Of a DNA stretch of 64,000 nt, positions 1 through 10,241 are shown piece by piece; position 1 is the first letter of the stretch; each line of letters starts with the position of its first letter. A program made the position numbers and the translations under genes. Below the pieces are notes generated by a model, which saw only the letters and a program-made list of their open reading frames with translations, searched no databases and was not told the origin of the DNA. The DNA is from an uncultured Armatimonadetes bacterium (lineage in GTDB: Bacteria > Armatimonadota > UBA5829 > DTJY01): contig OY970325.1 of assembly GCA_963717145.1 (NCBI GenBank), forward strand, positions 4,640,001 to 4,704,000, in the 5' to 3' direction.

Positions 1-1841
1 GCGTCTGGCCGTCCACGGCGTGAGCTGCAGGACTGATATGGACGCCGATAGCAAGATCAACTGGCTGTTGGAGAATCGCCTGTTGTACGAGCACTATGCG
101 AAGCCGGAGGTTTTCCATGTGCTCAGCGAAGCTTATCTCAGCGCCGGCACAACGTCACGGCTCAGGCTGCTGGATGCAGTGGAAAGAGGCCCAGACCGTG
201 AGACGGCCCTCGGCGAGAGCTGAGACCGACAGCTATGAAGTCTACAATCTGCTTTATTGGCTTAAGCGTTCCGACCCCAGTTGCCATCATGCGAACAGCA
301 GGTTTGACGCCTTTCAGGAGAAGGTTGACTTCGAGCCACGGGAGTACCCTGATCGCGACTTCTGGACAGGGAGTTGGGTTGGCGGGGGTGAAAGCCCTGT
401 ATCAGCCGAGGAGTTGCTGCAGAAGGAGCCGGACAAGGCGGCTGCTCTCCTTCTGAAGTATGAAGGCACCGGATATCGAGGACCAAGCCGTGAGGGCCTG
501 ATGTCTGAACTCACCCGAGCCGTCACCATGTCACATAAGTGGGCGCAGAGGTTAGCCGAGTTCTTGGCGGAGGTGGATCCATGGCGGGAGGACGTCTGGC
601 GGTCTATCCTACTTGGTTGGGAGGGATCGGTGCTCAAGCCTCGACAGTGGAGCAAAGTCCTCACTCTCATCGATAAGCACCCCCAGGTGATGGCATTCCC
701 TTATGGCCCCGCACATCTCCTCTACACATTGGTTTCGCGTCCGGAAAAGGGATTTGGTGTCTCTAGTCTGCCTCTAGCGGAACGGATAGCCCGAAGGCTT
801 TGGGAAACATGCACAGCATCGGCCGAGGACATCCCAGAGAGCAGCGACGACTGGATGGCATCGGCAATCAACCATCCGGCCGGCAATACGACGCTATTCT
901 GGATGAATGCTCTTCTGATGCGTCGTAACCGGAAAGGCGCAGACTGGAGGAGCATACCGCGTGAGTATCAGTGCATCTTCGGAGAAGCAGTGCATGGCGA
1001 TTCTCTAGCGGCAGGGATGGCTCGGACGCTACTTGCCAGCCATACCACCGTCCTCTATGCGCTCGATCGTGAGTGGACGCGCCAAAACATCATACCACTC
1101 TACGATTGGAGAAACAGCACTCTGCGCGCTCAGCAAGCGTGGCAAGGGTTTCTGTACTGGGGCCGGCTGAACGACACTCTGGTCGTTGAGCTAATGCCGC
1201 ACTACCTCAGGTCTTTTTCAAGGGTTTCAGCATACCTTGGCGAATCTCGGGATAGGTTCAGCGAACATCTGGCTCACATCGCCGTCTATCACTCCGCCAA
1301 CCCTGTCAAAGAGGGGTACCTGGGACCATTCCTCAGCCAGGTAGAATCGCATGACAGGGCGGAGTGGGCTTCCTCCATGGCGGGCATCCTGCGCGAACTG
1401 GATGAAGCTGGCACTTCTGGGCTGTGGGATCGATGGCTGAGGGAGTACTGGAAGGCAAGGCTCAAAGGCACCCTGTGGGGACTGGATGCAGAGGAATGGG
1501 TCCCGATGCTTCGCTGGCTTACCTCTCTGGGACCAGCATTCCCGGATGCCGTGAGAGCCATGGATGGCTGTGTGCTGCCGGTCATTCACGATATCCCCCT
1601 CTACTACCTAGTGCACAATTCTGATTACCACGAAAGATACCCAGATGAGTTGGCGCTGCTATTGAAGCATTTGCTGGACAGCACCACACCACCGTTCAAT
1701 GAGTGTGAAGCAGTTGGCGAACTCGTTTCTCGCTTGATAGCCACCGGCGCACCGAGGGACACCCTAAGGGCCGTCTGCGACAGATTGGCGGACCTGGGTT
1801 GCGCAAACGCGAGCGGCTTGGCGAAGCGGTTGAACGAGTAA
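1..1841 (+). CDS. C-terminal part of a DUF4020-containing (SIR2-like-associated) large helical protein; 5' truncated, apparent frameshift near 215
   Basis: ORF 20..223 continues into ORF 96..1841 at ..GE/RAETDSYE. Trp-rich motifs AINHPAG, AWQGFLYWGR and WLREYWKAR resemble DUF4020 proteins. Confidence 0.55.
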
Positions 1842-1937
1842 CGCCAGTCCGCCGACTTCATGTGAGAGCAGGATCCGCCTGCAGACCCCCTGGGCACGGA
1901 GGCCGGTCACCCCTATCAAGGGGACAGCATCGGAGGT

Positions 1938-2504
1938 TCAGGCGGCGGGTGTGAGATACTTGGCGCGCAGGCGGTCGAGGAGCGCGTGATACCGCTCGTG
2001 GACTCCCGGCCCGATGCGCTCCTGCTCGATGCGCTCGAAGCCTTCCGCCAGTTTCGTGTGTTCATCCTCAGAGAGGTGTTGCTCGGCCATGCAGAAGAGG
2101 ATGTTGTTCTCCTTCTCGATGTGCTCTGTGAGAAGTTGAGCGTATCCGTGCGCCGCCGATGCGAACGCCTGCCGAGCACTCTCATCACCCTCGCGAAGCC
2201 CTGGAAGCGCATCGCTCATCCGTCGGACGAACTCCCGCCCGTGTGTGTGCTCGGTCAGCATGACGCCGATCGGCCCGCCCTCCCGTGGGATTCCGACCTT
2301 TTCCAGAGCGGGGAAGAGCAGGTCCTCTTCCTTCCCGTGGTGGCATCGGTCCGCGAAAGTCTTGATGAAATCCACCAGGTTGTCGAGATCATCGACCTCC
2401 ACCGCCCGGCCCGCCTCGAGATCCCCGGCCAGACGGTCGAGAACGGCGATCGCGACCTTGATTCCTTCGTGTTCGTCTCGTAGATCCTGGGTTGCGTATG
2501 TCAT
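1938..2504 (-). CDS. Hemerythrin (HHE cation-binding) domain protein
   Basis: Motifs LRDEH, HHGKEEDLLFP, MLTEH and HIEKENNILF. Confidence 0.9.
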   Translation of the reverse strand: MTYATQDLRDEHEGIKVAIAVLDRLAGDLEAGRAVEVDDLDNLVDFIKTFADRCHHGKEEDLLFPALEKVGIPREGGPIGVMLTEHTHGREFVRRMSDALPGLREGDESARQAFASAAHGYAQLLTEHIEKENNILFCMAEQHLSEDEHTKLAEGFERIEQERIGPGVHERYHALLDRLRAKYLTPAA

Positions 2505-2543
2505 GCTCAGTTGTTACCCGGAAGAGACAGGAGCCACACTCGG

Positions 2544-2578
2544 AATGCGGAATTGCGAATGCGAAATGCGGATTCCCG
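2544..2578. repeat. Short (AATGCG[G/A])n-type dispersed element, copy 1
   Basis: aatgcggaattgcgaatgcgaaatgcggattcccg matches the reverse complement of 21696..21730 at 32/35 positions. Confidence 0.75.
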
Positions 2579-2631
2579 GATGCTCTGGAGCTTCCGCTTT
2601 GGCACTCCAAAACACTCCACAACAGCGGATA

Positions 2632-2660
2632 TTGCTTTTCGGATTGCCCTATGCTATAAT
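2632..2660 (+). promoter_or_regulatory. Sigma70-type promoter of the transporter operon
   Basis: TTGCTT-N17-TATAAT with an extended -10 TG, 55 nt upstream of ATG 2716. Confidence 0.7.
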
Positions 2661-2715
2661 CGCAGGCGTGCTCCGGCCTTGTCGGATAACCAGTAGCCTA
2701 GAGAGTTAAGCTCAA

Positions 2716-5700
2716 ATGACCAACCGTAGGGTTACCACACTCGTCTTCCTTCTGTGTTCGCTGCTGTCGTGCGCCTGTTTTGCGGCGCCCAAAACGAAGA
2801 TCGATCCCAAGCTTGCCAAGGTCTACCAGAGCCTCGCCGGGGACGTGAGGACCTCGAACCTCGCGAGCACAGTCGAACTGCTCGCCTCGAAGGGATCGCG
2901 CATCGCTGGCTATCCCGGATGCGAATCCGCCGGCGACTACATCCATCAGCAGTTCAAGAACATCGGCCTCAAGGACATCAAGCGCGAGCCGTTCTTCGCG
3001 ACGGTGCCGGTCGATGTCAGCGCGTCCCTCAAAGTGAACGGCAAGTCGTACAAGCTTCATTCCGTCTGGCCCAATCTGGTGCGGACCTCCCAGCTCCCGA
3101 AGGCTGGCATGAGCGGCCCGCTCATGTACGCCGGCTCAGGGAAGCTCTCCGCGTTCGACGGCTATCCAGTCGACGGCAGCATCGTTCTGATGGATTTCAA
3201 CTCCGGCTCGGAGTGGCTCAATGCACCGAGGCTCGGCGCGAAGGCGGTTGTATTCGTCGAGCCGGACACGACGATGCGCGGTGAGGCCGAAGCGAAGTTC
3301 ATCTCGATCCCGATCTCGATCCCCCGCTACTGGATCTCGAAAGCCGACGCGGCATCTCTCCAGGCGCTCTGTGCGAAGGGGATGCCCAAGGTCACGCTCG
3401 CCTGCGAGTCCAAGTGGGAGCGCCTCCCGACCAGCAACATCACAGGGGTCATCCCCGGCAGCGATCCCAAGTTGCGCGATCAGATAATCGTCATCCAGGC
3501 ATACTACGACGCGACCTCCGTCGTGCCGAGCCTCGCTCCCGGCGCAGAGAGCGCGTGCGGAATCGCCTCGCTGCTCGAACTGGCACGTGTGTACAAGAAT
3601 CATCCGCCCGCCCGAACGATCTGGTTCATTGCGACGAGCGGGCACTTCCAGAGCCTCCAGGGGATGCGCGAGTACCTGGAGAAGCACCTTCCCGAGTTGC
3701 AGTCGCCCGGAGCAGGCGCGAGGATGGGCGCATGGTTCAGCCGATGGGTCCCCGGCATGAAGCATCGCACGGTTCACAAGCCGCCGCAGATCTACCTCAT
3801 GGCCGGCCTCGACCTCTCGAGCCAGACGAAGGGCGTCGGCATCTTCTACAAGGGCTACTTCTACGATTTTCGAGAGGACATCCAGAACAAGTTTTCCGAC
3901 ATAGCGCGTGTCTGCCGCGAGAACTCCGAGAAGGTCGGCGCTGTCCTCGGCTTCGACTCGGCCAAGGCATTCGCGGACGGTGTGAACCCGATCGCGGGGA
4001 AGAACTGGCGGAACTTCATCCCCGGCAAGATCGCATGCGACGCGGAGGCATGGACACTCGCCGGCGCGCGCGGCATCTCGTTCATCAGCACCGATGACTC
4101 CCGCGCGATGGTGGACACCCCATTCGACACAGCGGACAAGGTCAACTTCGCGAACCTCGCCCAACAGACGAAGCTGCTCGCATGCCTGTTCAGCCACATT
4201 CTGAACGACACCAACGCTCCCGAGGCGGTCGATGTCTCCAAGTTCCCGATCACCGAGCCCTCGATCTTCTCCAGGATGACCCTCCAGGGCGGATTCGCGC
4301 GGATCGAGGGGCAGACGCTCATCCTGAACCTGAAGAAGGGCTTCATCCCGAACGATCCGGTGCTCGGCACGCTGGTCGTGATCCGGCACGTGTCCCTCAA
4401 CAAGACGCTGATGGGCGTTCGCGGCAATATGATCGGGATGGTCGACGACGAGGCGCGGTTCGCCTTCCCCGGCGCGGCCCCTCTGACGGCCTACCAGGGC
4501 GCGGCTCGGATGACGAACGTCGCGGCGTATAAGCTCGACCCGGCGGACGGCGAGATCATCTACTCGCCGGACATGGGGATCTTCGGCGCGGACTACTATC
4601 CGACCGCCGTCACTGTGGCTTCGGGGATCAAGAATATCCCGATCGTGCTCTTCAAGTGCAAGGCGACTTCCGTCTTCGATCTGATCGACCCGCAGGCGCT
4701 CCGGACACTCCCGGCGATCGAGATCTACGACGGCGACACGAACGGGCGGCCGAGGATGTACGGCTTCTCGCTCGCGGTCCCGGAATGGCAGGTATCGCAC
4801 GTCGAGGACGTGGCGGTCATCTTCACCATGCCGGAGACGCGCCTGAAGATCGTGATGGCGGCGGGACCGGCGGCGGTCAGGCTCGTGCTGATCAACTCGA
4901 CCGAGAAGGAGCCCGAGGGCAACGGGTACCTCGTCGGCAATGGGAAGGCGATCACGAACACATCGCTCAAGGTCGCCAAGGACATGTGGAACCTCGATGA
5001 GTTCCGCATCAGCCGCTTGCGAAAGTACCGGATCATCAACGAGGGAATCGACCAACTTCATTCCCTCGCGAAGAGCGAGATCGGTATGGCCGAGAGAGAC
5101 CTCGCGGCCATGCAGTACTCGACGTTCGATTCGCATTCGAGAGCCGCGTGGGGATATGAGGCACGAGCGTATCCTGACGTCCAGAAGACGGCGAAAGACG
5201 TAGTCAACGGAGTTCTATTCTACCTGGCGCTCCTCCTGCCGTTTTCGTACTTCTGCGAGAGGCTTTTCTTCGGATTCCCGGACCTGAAGCGCCAGATCGT
5301 CGGCGTGTTCATCGTCTTCGTGGCAATATTCATGCTGTTCAGGTACTTCCATCCGGCGTTCGACATCACGATGAATCCCGCGATTGTATTCATCGCGTTC
5401 ATCATGCTGGCGCTCAGCGTGCTGGTCACGGTACTCGTTACCAACAAATTCGAGGAGCAGCTCAAGGCGCTCAACCGGAGCATGTCCGGCGTACACAAGG
5501 TGGACATCGGCCGCATGAGCATCGCGGCGGCGGCGTTCTCGCTCGGCGTGTCGAACATGAGACGCCGAAAAGCGAGGACGGTCCTCACGTGTATCACCCT
5601 CGTCCTGCTGACTTTCACGGTCCTGTCGTTCACCTCGATCGTGCAGACGATGCGCTTCAACAAGGTGCCCGCTCCCGGCAAGCCGGGGTACAACGGCCTG

Positions 5701-7284
5701 ATGCTTCGGACCGCCATGTGGGAGCCGCTTCAGGAGCCGGCTGTCCGTCTGCTGAAGGACGAGTTCGGCGAGAGCAGGGCCGTCGCTCCGAGGGCATGGT
5801 TCTTCGGCGCGTTTCTCGGCGAGCAGACGTTCCTCACGCTCAAGCGCAATGACAAGACTTACGATGCCAAAGGCGCCGTCGGCCTCTCTCCGGACGAGGA
5901 TCGAGTCACCGGCGTCAGCAGGGCGCTCATCGCCGGACGATGGTTCAACGATCAAGACACTTATTCCGTAGTCATTCCCGGCGCGATAGCGACTGCACTC
6001 GAGATCACCAAGGGCGATATCGGGAAAGCCAAGCTGACCTTCAGCGGCGTCGATTACACAGTCATCGGCATCATGGACAATGCCAAGGTCAAGGCAATCA
6101 CGGATCTCGACAACGAGACGCTCACGCCGGTCGACTTCATCCTGATGAACAAGCTCACCTCACAGGGCAAGTCGATGGGCGAGGCGGGATTCCGCGAATA
6201 CACGCACCTCGAGCCGGACACCACCTTCTTCGTCCCGTACCAGACGCTGATCAACCTCGGCGGCGAGATCCGCTCCATTGCGATCGACTTCGTGACCCCC
6301 ACCGAGGTCAAGTCGGTGCTCGAGAAGCTGATGCCGAGACTCGGCCTCAACCTGTATGCGGGTCTGGATGAGCAAACATTCCGATTCAGCTCGATCGCCA
6401 CTCAGTCCGGCAAAGGATTCGGCGCAGTGTTCATCCCGATCCTGATCGCGGCATTGATTGTTCTGAACACGATGCTCGGATCGGTCTACGAGCGCATAAA
6501 GGAGATACACATCTTCAGCTCGCTAGGCCTGGCGCCGAATCACATCGCCATGCTCTTCATCGCAGAGGCGTTGGTCTATGCGATCCTCGGCGCGGTCGCC
6601 GGATACCTGATCGGGCAGATAGCATCAAAGATAATATATACGTTCGGCTTGCTCCCGGGGCTCTATCTCAACTTCAGCTCGCTCTCGGCGGTGCTCTCGA
6701 CGCTGATCGTCGTCGCCGTAGTGCTTCTCTCAACGATCTACCCGGCGAGGAAAGCATCCGAGGTCGCGACCCCCGCCATCGAGCGCAGTTGGAAGGTGCC
6801 GGACCCCGTGGGCGACATCTGGCAGATCAAGCTGCCGTTCGCGGTCACCGGCGAGCAGGCCATGGGCGTCACGAGCTTCATATCCGAGTGGTTTGGGGCG
6901 TATGAGGAGTACTCAGTCGGCGATTTCGTGACGCAGGATGTCAAGACCTCACTGCGTGAAACGGACTTCGGGGACGCGCATCGCGTCCAGTGCCGAGCGT
7001 GGCTGGCCCCGTTCGATCTCGGAGTCAGCCAGTATGTCACGCTGGAGACGGTGCCGACCGTGATGGAAGATGTCTACGAGGTTCAACTGATCATCAACCG
7101 CGAGAGCGGTGACATATCGAACTGGAAACGAGTGAACCGCAGGTTCCTCAACACTCTTCGGAAGCAGTTCCTGATCTGGCGGACGTTGAGGGCCGAGGAG
7201 CGCGACAAGTATCTGGCAGGCGGTCAGGCCGGTTCACCATCAGCCGGCGCGAGTGTCGCCGTAGAGCCGGGCCCGGCAGGATAG
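2716..7284 (+). CDS. Giant secreted/membrane protein: M28-like/PA domain fused to a MacB/FtsX-type ABC permease
   Basis: Signal peptide, then M28-like IQAYYD..PGAESACGIASLLELAR. TM helices and NMRRRKARTVLT precede a periplasmic domain and the FtsX motif SVYERIKEIHIFSSLG. 1522 aa. Confidence 0.8.
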   Translation: MTNRRVTTLVFLLCSLLSCACFAAPKTKIDPKLAKVYQSLAGDVRTSNLASTVELLASKGSRIAGYPGCESAGDYIHQQFKNIGLKDIKREPFFATVPVDVSASLKVNGKSYKLHSVWPNLVRTSQLPKAGMSGPLMYAGSGKLSAFDGYPVDGSIVLMDFNSGSEWLNAPRLGAKAVVFVEPDTTMRGEAEAKFISIPISIPRYWISKADAASLQALCAKGMPKVTLACESKWERLPTSNITGVIPGSDPKLRDQIIVIQAYYDATSVVPSLAPGAESACGIASLLELARVYKNHPPARTIWFIATSGHFQSLQGMREYLEKHLPELQSPGAGARMGAWFSRWVPGMKHRTVHKPPQIYLMAGLDLSSQTKGVGIFYKGYFYDFREDIQNKFSDIARVCRENSEKVGAVLGFDSAKAFADGVNPIAGKNWRNFIPGKIACDAEAWTLAGARGISFISTDDSRAMVDTPFDTADKVNFANLAQQTKLLACLFSHILNDTNAPEAVDVSKFPITEPSIFSRMTLQGGFARIEGQTLILNLKKGFIPNDPVLGTLVVIRHVSLNKTLMGVRGNMIGMVDDEARFAFPGAAPLTAYQGAARMTNVAAYKLDPADGEIIYSPDMGIFGADYYPTAVTVASGIKNIPIVLFKCKATSVFDLIDPQALRTLPAIEIYDGDTNGRPRMYGFSLAVPEWQVSHVEDVAVIFTMPETRLKIVMAAGPAAVRLVLINSTEKEPEGNGYLVGNGKAITNTSLKVAKDMWNLDEFRISRLRKYRIINEGIDQLHSLAKSEIGMAERDLAAMQYSTFDSHSRAAWGYEARAYPDVQKTAKDVVNGVLFYLALLLPFSYFCERLFFGFPDLKRQIVGVFIVFVAIFMLFRYFHPAFDITMNPAIVFIAFIMLALSVLVTVLVTNKFEEQLKALNRSMSGVHKVDIGRMSIAAAAFSLGVSNMRRRKARTVLTCITLVLLTFTVLSFTSIVQTMRFNKVPAPGKPGYNGLMLRTAMWEPLQEPAVRLLKDEFGESRAVAPRAWFFGAFLGEQTFLTLKRNDKTYDAKGAVGLSPDEDRVTGVSRALIAGRWFNDQDTYSVVIPGAIATALEITKGDIGKAKLTFSGVDYTVIGIMDNAKVKAITDLDNETLTPVDFILMNKLTSQGKSMGEAGFREYTHLEPDTTFFVPYQTLINLGGEIRSIAIDFVTPTEVKSVLEKLMPRLGLNLYAGLDEQTFRFSSIATQSGKGFGAVFIPILIAALIVLNTMLGSVYERIKEIHIFSSLGLAPNHIAMLFIAEALVYAILGAVAGYLIGQIASKIIYTFGLLPGLYLNFSSLSAVLSTLIVVAVVLLSTIYPARKASEVATPAIERSWKVPDPVGDIWQIKLPFAVTGEQAMGVTSFISEWFGAYEEYSVGDFVTQDVKTSLRETDFGDAHRVQCRAWLAPFDLGVSQYVTLETVPTVMEDVYEVQLIINRESGDISNWKRVNRRFLNTLRKQFLIWRTLRAEERDKYLAGGQAGSPSAGASVAVEPGPAG

Positions 7285-7300
7285 GGGGGAAGACGCAGAT

Positions 7301-9298
7301 TTGGCTACTGAAACAGATGCCATGGAAAACGTCAGGGAACGCATAGAGGAGGGGACGGACACCGGCGAACCGACAAAGTTCGAAGACGGGTTCACTATCA
7401 AGACCGTCATCGGTGCGCTCTTCGTCGTCCTCTTCATGCTGCCCGGAGCGCTCTACCTGGGACTGGTCGCGGGTCAGGACCTTGGCCCGGCGGCGCAGTG
7501 GGTCACCATCGTGCTATTCGCCGAGGTCGCCCGGCGATCTTTCGTGCCTCTCAAGCGACAGGAGATCTACATCCTCTGGTACGTCGCAGGCGCGCTGGCG
7601 CACCTCACGTTGGCCGATAGGGGACTCTCCGGCGGAGCATTCAGCGGCCTGATATGGAACCAATACTTTGTCCAATCCCCTCAGGCCCAGTCGCTCGTGA
7701 ACGAGATTCCTCGATGGGTCGTCCCCGCTCCCGGCAGCCGCGCGCTCATCGAGCGGACGTTCTTGGACTCCGCGTGGGTGGTCCCCATCCTGCTCCTGGT
7801 GGTCTACGAGATTCTCGGGCGACTGAACTGGATCGGTCTGGGATACGTCCTATTCCGCATCACGTCGGACACGGAGCGACTGCCCTTCCCGATGGCGCCC
7901 GTCGCGGCGTCCGGGGCGACCGCCCTGGCGGAGGCGTCATCCAAGGAGGAGTCGTGGAGGTGGCAGGTCTTCTCCATCGGCACGATGGTCGGTCTGGTCT
8001 TCGGGTTCTTCTATCTCGCTGTGCCGATCTTCACGGGGGTGGTCCTCAGTAAACCGCTGATGATCATACCGATTCCGTTCATAGATTTCACGCGCAACAC
8101 CGAGACTATCCTGCCGGGCGCGCCAACGGGAATCAGCGGCGACCTCGGCAACATACTGATCGGCTTCGTGATTCCATTCGAGATCATGGCCGGGCAGGTG
8201 ATTACGTCGATAGCCTGTCAGGTCATCGGAAACCCGATACTCCAGAAACAGGGCTTGCTGCCCACGTGGCGGTACGGCATGGGCACGATCGAGACCAACC
8301 TCTCGACCAGCATCGACTTCTGGTTGAGTGTCGGCATCGGCGTTGGCGTTGCTGTCGGGATCATCGGCATCGTCAGCGTGGTAGTCGGCGCCAGAAAGGC
8401 TCAACGGGCGATGAGGGAGCGACGGACGGCGGCGTATACCATCCCCGCAGGGCGCGGTGATTTCCCAATCCAGCTCGCGATCGGCGCATGGCTCTTTGCG
8501 ACGGTTTCGTACATCGTGATCGCACATAGACTGGTGCCGGCATTCCCGCTGATATTCCTCATCGGCTTCGGCCTCTTCTACTCGCCGCTGATGTCCTACA
8601 TATCGGCGAGAATGATCGGTCTGACCGGCGGCGGTGTCGGCTTCCCGTTTGTGAAGGAGGCCGTTGTCATCAAGAGCGGCTACCAGAAGGCGGATATCTG
8701 GTTCGCCCCGATCCCGATGTACGATATGGGTGGGGCCGCCCAGAGGTTCCGCGAGATCGAGCTGACCGGCACCAAATTCACGAGCATTCTCAAGGCGGAA
8801 CTCTTCATGGTCCCGGTCATGCTGATATCGAGTTTCCTGTACTGGGCGTTCTTCTGGCACACAAGCCCGGTCCCGTCGCCGCAGTTCCCATTCGCGCAGA
8901 AGTTCTGGCCTCTGCACGCGACGATGCAGAGCATCTGGATGACGGCGAACAAGCCTGGAGGAAGTAACTTCTTTATGCAGGCGCTGAAGCCCAACATAGC
9001 CGTATATGGAGGCCTGGCGACTTTCGGACTGCTCGGAGCGACAGCGGCGCTCAAACTGCCGATTCTGTACTTCTATGGAATGGCGAGCGGTGTCGGAGCA
9101 ATCCCACACGGCGTCATCCCGAGGTTCGCCGGAGCGCTCCTCGGGCGTTACTACTTCGCGAGGCGGTTCGGCCTGGAGAACTGGCAGAAATACACCCCGG
9201 TGCTGCTCGCCGGGTTCTTCTGTGGGATGGGCCTGATGGGGATGAGTTCCATCGCACTCGCGCTCATATCGAAGTCGGTATCGTACCTGCCCTACTAG
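7301..9298 (+). CDS. OPT-like polytopic membrane transporter (putative peptide transporter)
   Basis: 665 aa, many TM helices, ERLPFPMAPV motif typical of OPT-related proteins. Start could be ATG 7322. Confidence 0.7.
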   Translation: MATETDAMENVRERIEEGTDTGEPTKFEDGFTIKTVIGALFVVLFMLPGALYLGLVAGQDLGPAAQWVTIVLFAEVARRSFVPLKRQEIYILWYVAGALAHLTLADRGLSGGAFSGLIWNQYFVQSPQAQSLVNEIPRWVVPAPGSRALIERTFLDSAWVVPILLLVVYEILGRLNWIGLGYVLFRITSDTERLPFPMAPVAASGATALAEASSKEESWRWQVFSIGTMVGLVFGFFYLAVPIFTGVVLSKPLMIIPIPFIDFTRNTETILPGAPTGISGDLGNILIGFVIPFEIMAGQVITSIACQVIGNPILQKQGLLPTWRYGMGTIETNLSTSIDFWLSVGIGVGVAVGIIGIVSVVVGARKAQRAMRERRTAAYTIPAGRGDFPIQLAIGAWLFATVSYIVIAHRLVPAFPLIFLIGFGLFYSPLMSYISARMIGLTGGGVGFPFVKEAVVIKSGYQKADIWFAPIPMYDMGGAAQRFREIELTGTKFTSILKAELFMVPVMLISSFLYWAFFWHTSPVPSPQFPFAQKFWPLHATMQSIWMTANKPGGSNFFMQALKPNIAVYGGLATFGLLGATAALKLPILYFYGMASGVGAIPHGVIPRFAGALLGRYYFARRFGLENWQKYTPVLLAGFFCGMGLMGMSSIALALISKSVSYLPY

Positions 9299-9302
9299 CA
9301 CT

Positions 9303-9331
9303 TTGACATCGGGCCTTGAAGCCTATAAAAT
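9303..9331 (+). promoter_or_regulatory. Internal sigma70 promoter, likely giving a leaderless mRNA
   Basis: TTGACA-N17-TAAAAT, 6 nt before ATG 9338, with no SD sequence. Confidence 0.7.
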
Positions 9332-9337
9332 ACAAGT

Positions 9338-10240
9338 ATGAGCAAAAACAACCCGCACGCCCTGGTAGCATGGCAGGGGGTCACCATCGAGGCCCCGGCT
9401 GATTGGAGCCTCGCATCGATCAGTGGTGACGAGAAGTCCGGCTACTACCGGGTCTCCAGTCCCGGCACGGCGGCCGTCGAGGTTCGGTGGTCCGAGGCAT
9501 CAGAGAAGGTCGACCTCGCCTCCAAGCTGGACACCTACCTGAGAGACCTCGAGCGCAAGTCTCGCAAGCAGCGGCTCGACTTCCAGAGCAAGGTTCGAGA
9601 GAAGGACGGGGACCTGCTCTTCACCTGGCGCGCCGACCGCAAGGCCGAGGGACGCCTCTATCGGTGTTCCGAGTGCAAGCGCGCGGTGATTGTGCAGGTC
9701 AGCGGAGTGCCGGGCGATCCGGTCTCGGCAGTCGCATCATTCGTGCTGCCCTCCGTAAGGGACCATGCCGAGGGCGGGTGGCGCACCTGGGCGATGTACG
9801 ACCTGCAGGCGGATGTGCCTCAGGGGTACAGGCTCGAGAAGCACAAGTTGATGTCGGGGTACCTACAGCTTCAGTTTCGAAAGGGAAGCTGCCAGCTCAT
9901 CATCGAGCGCTGGGGTCTTGCCAATATCGCTCTGAAGAAGGCGACCTTGGCCGAGTGGTTCCGCCAGCGGATGCGCACCGACCTGACCGGTTTTGCGTAT
10001 AAAGTAGAGGACCTGACCGACGAGCCGGAGCCCGCGGTTCAGGCGATCGGGCGAAGGTCGGGAATCCTGGGGATCTACCGGACCATCGGGGATCTGACCA
10101 AGCTCCGCGTGCCGGCGATGAGGCTCGATACATACGCCTGGGTGTGCGAGGAATCGAACAAGATCTACGCCGCGCAGAGCATGCATACGGCGAAGGAACG
10201 CATCCTGGAAGACGTGATAGCAAGAGTAGAGTGCCACTGA
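9338..10240 (+). CDS. Hypothetical soluble protein with two similar halves
   Basis: 300-aa ORF within the operon. AWQGVTIEAPADWSL and AMYDLQADVPQGYRL look like internal repeats. Confidence 0.75.
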   Translation: MSKNNPHALVAWQGVTIEAPADWSLASISGDEKSGYYRVSSPGTAAVEVRWSEASEKVDLASKLDTYLRDLERKSRKQRLDFQSKVREKDGDLLFTWRADRKAEGRLYRCSECKRAVIVQVSGVPGDPVSAVASFVLPSVRDHAEGGWRTWAMYDLQADVPQGYRLEKHKLMSGYLQLQFRKGSCQLIIERWGLANIALKKATLAEWFRQRMRTDLTGFAYKVEDLTDEPEPAVQAIGRRSGILGIYRTIGDLTKLRVPAMRLDTYAWVCEESNKIYAAQSMHTAKERILEDVIARVECH

Positions 10241-10241
10241 C

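Noticed and set aside
3136-5136. Long antisense ORFs (e.g. 3136..5136, 7937..9301, 55199..56617, 57402..58673)
   Set aside because: Shadow ORFs opposite well-supported high-GC3 genes, with no recognisable motifs.
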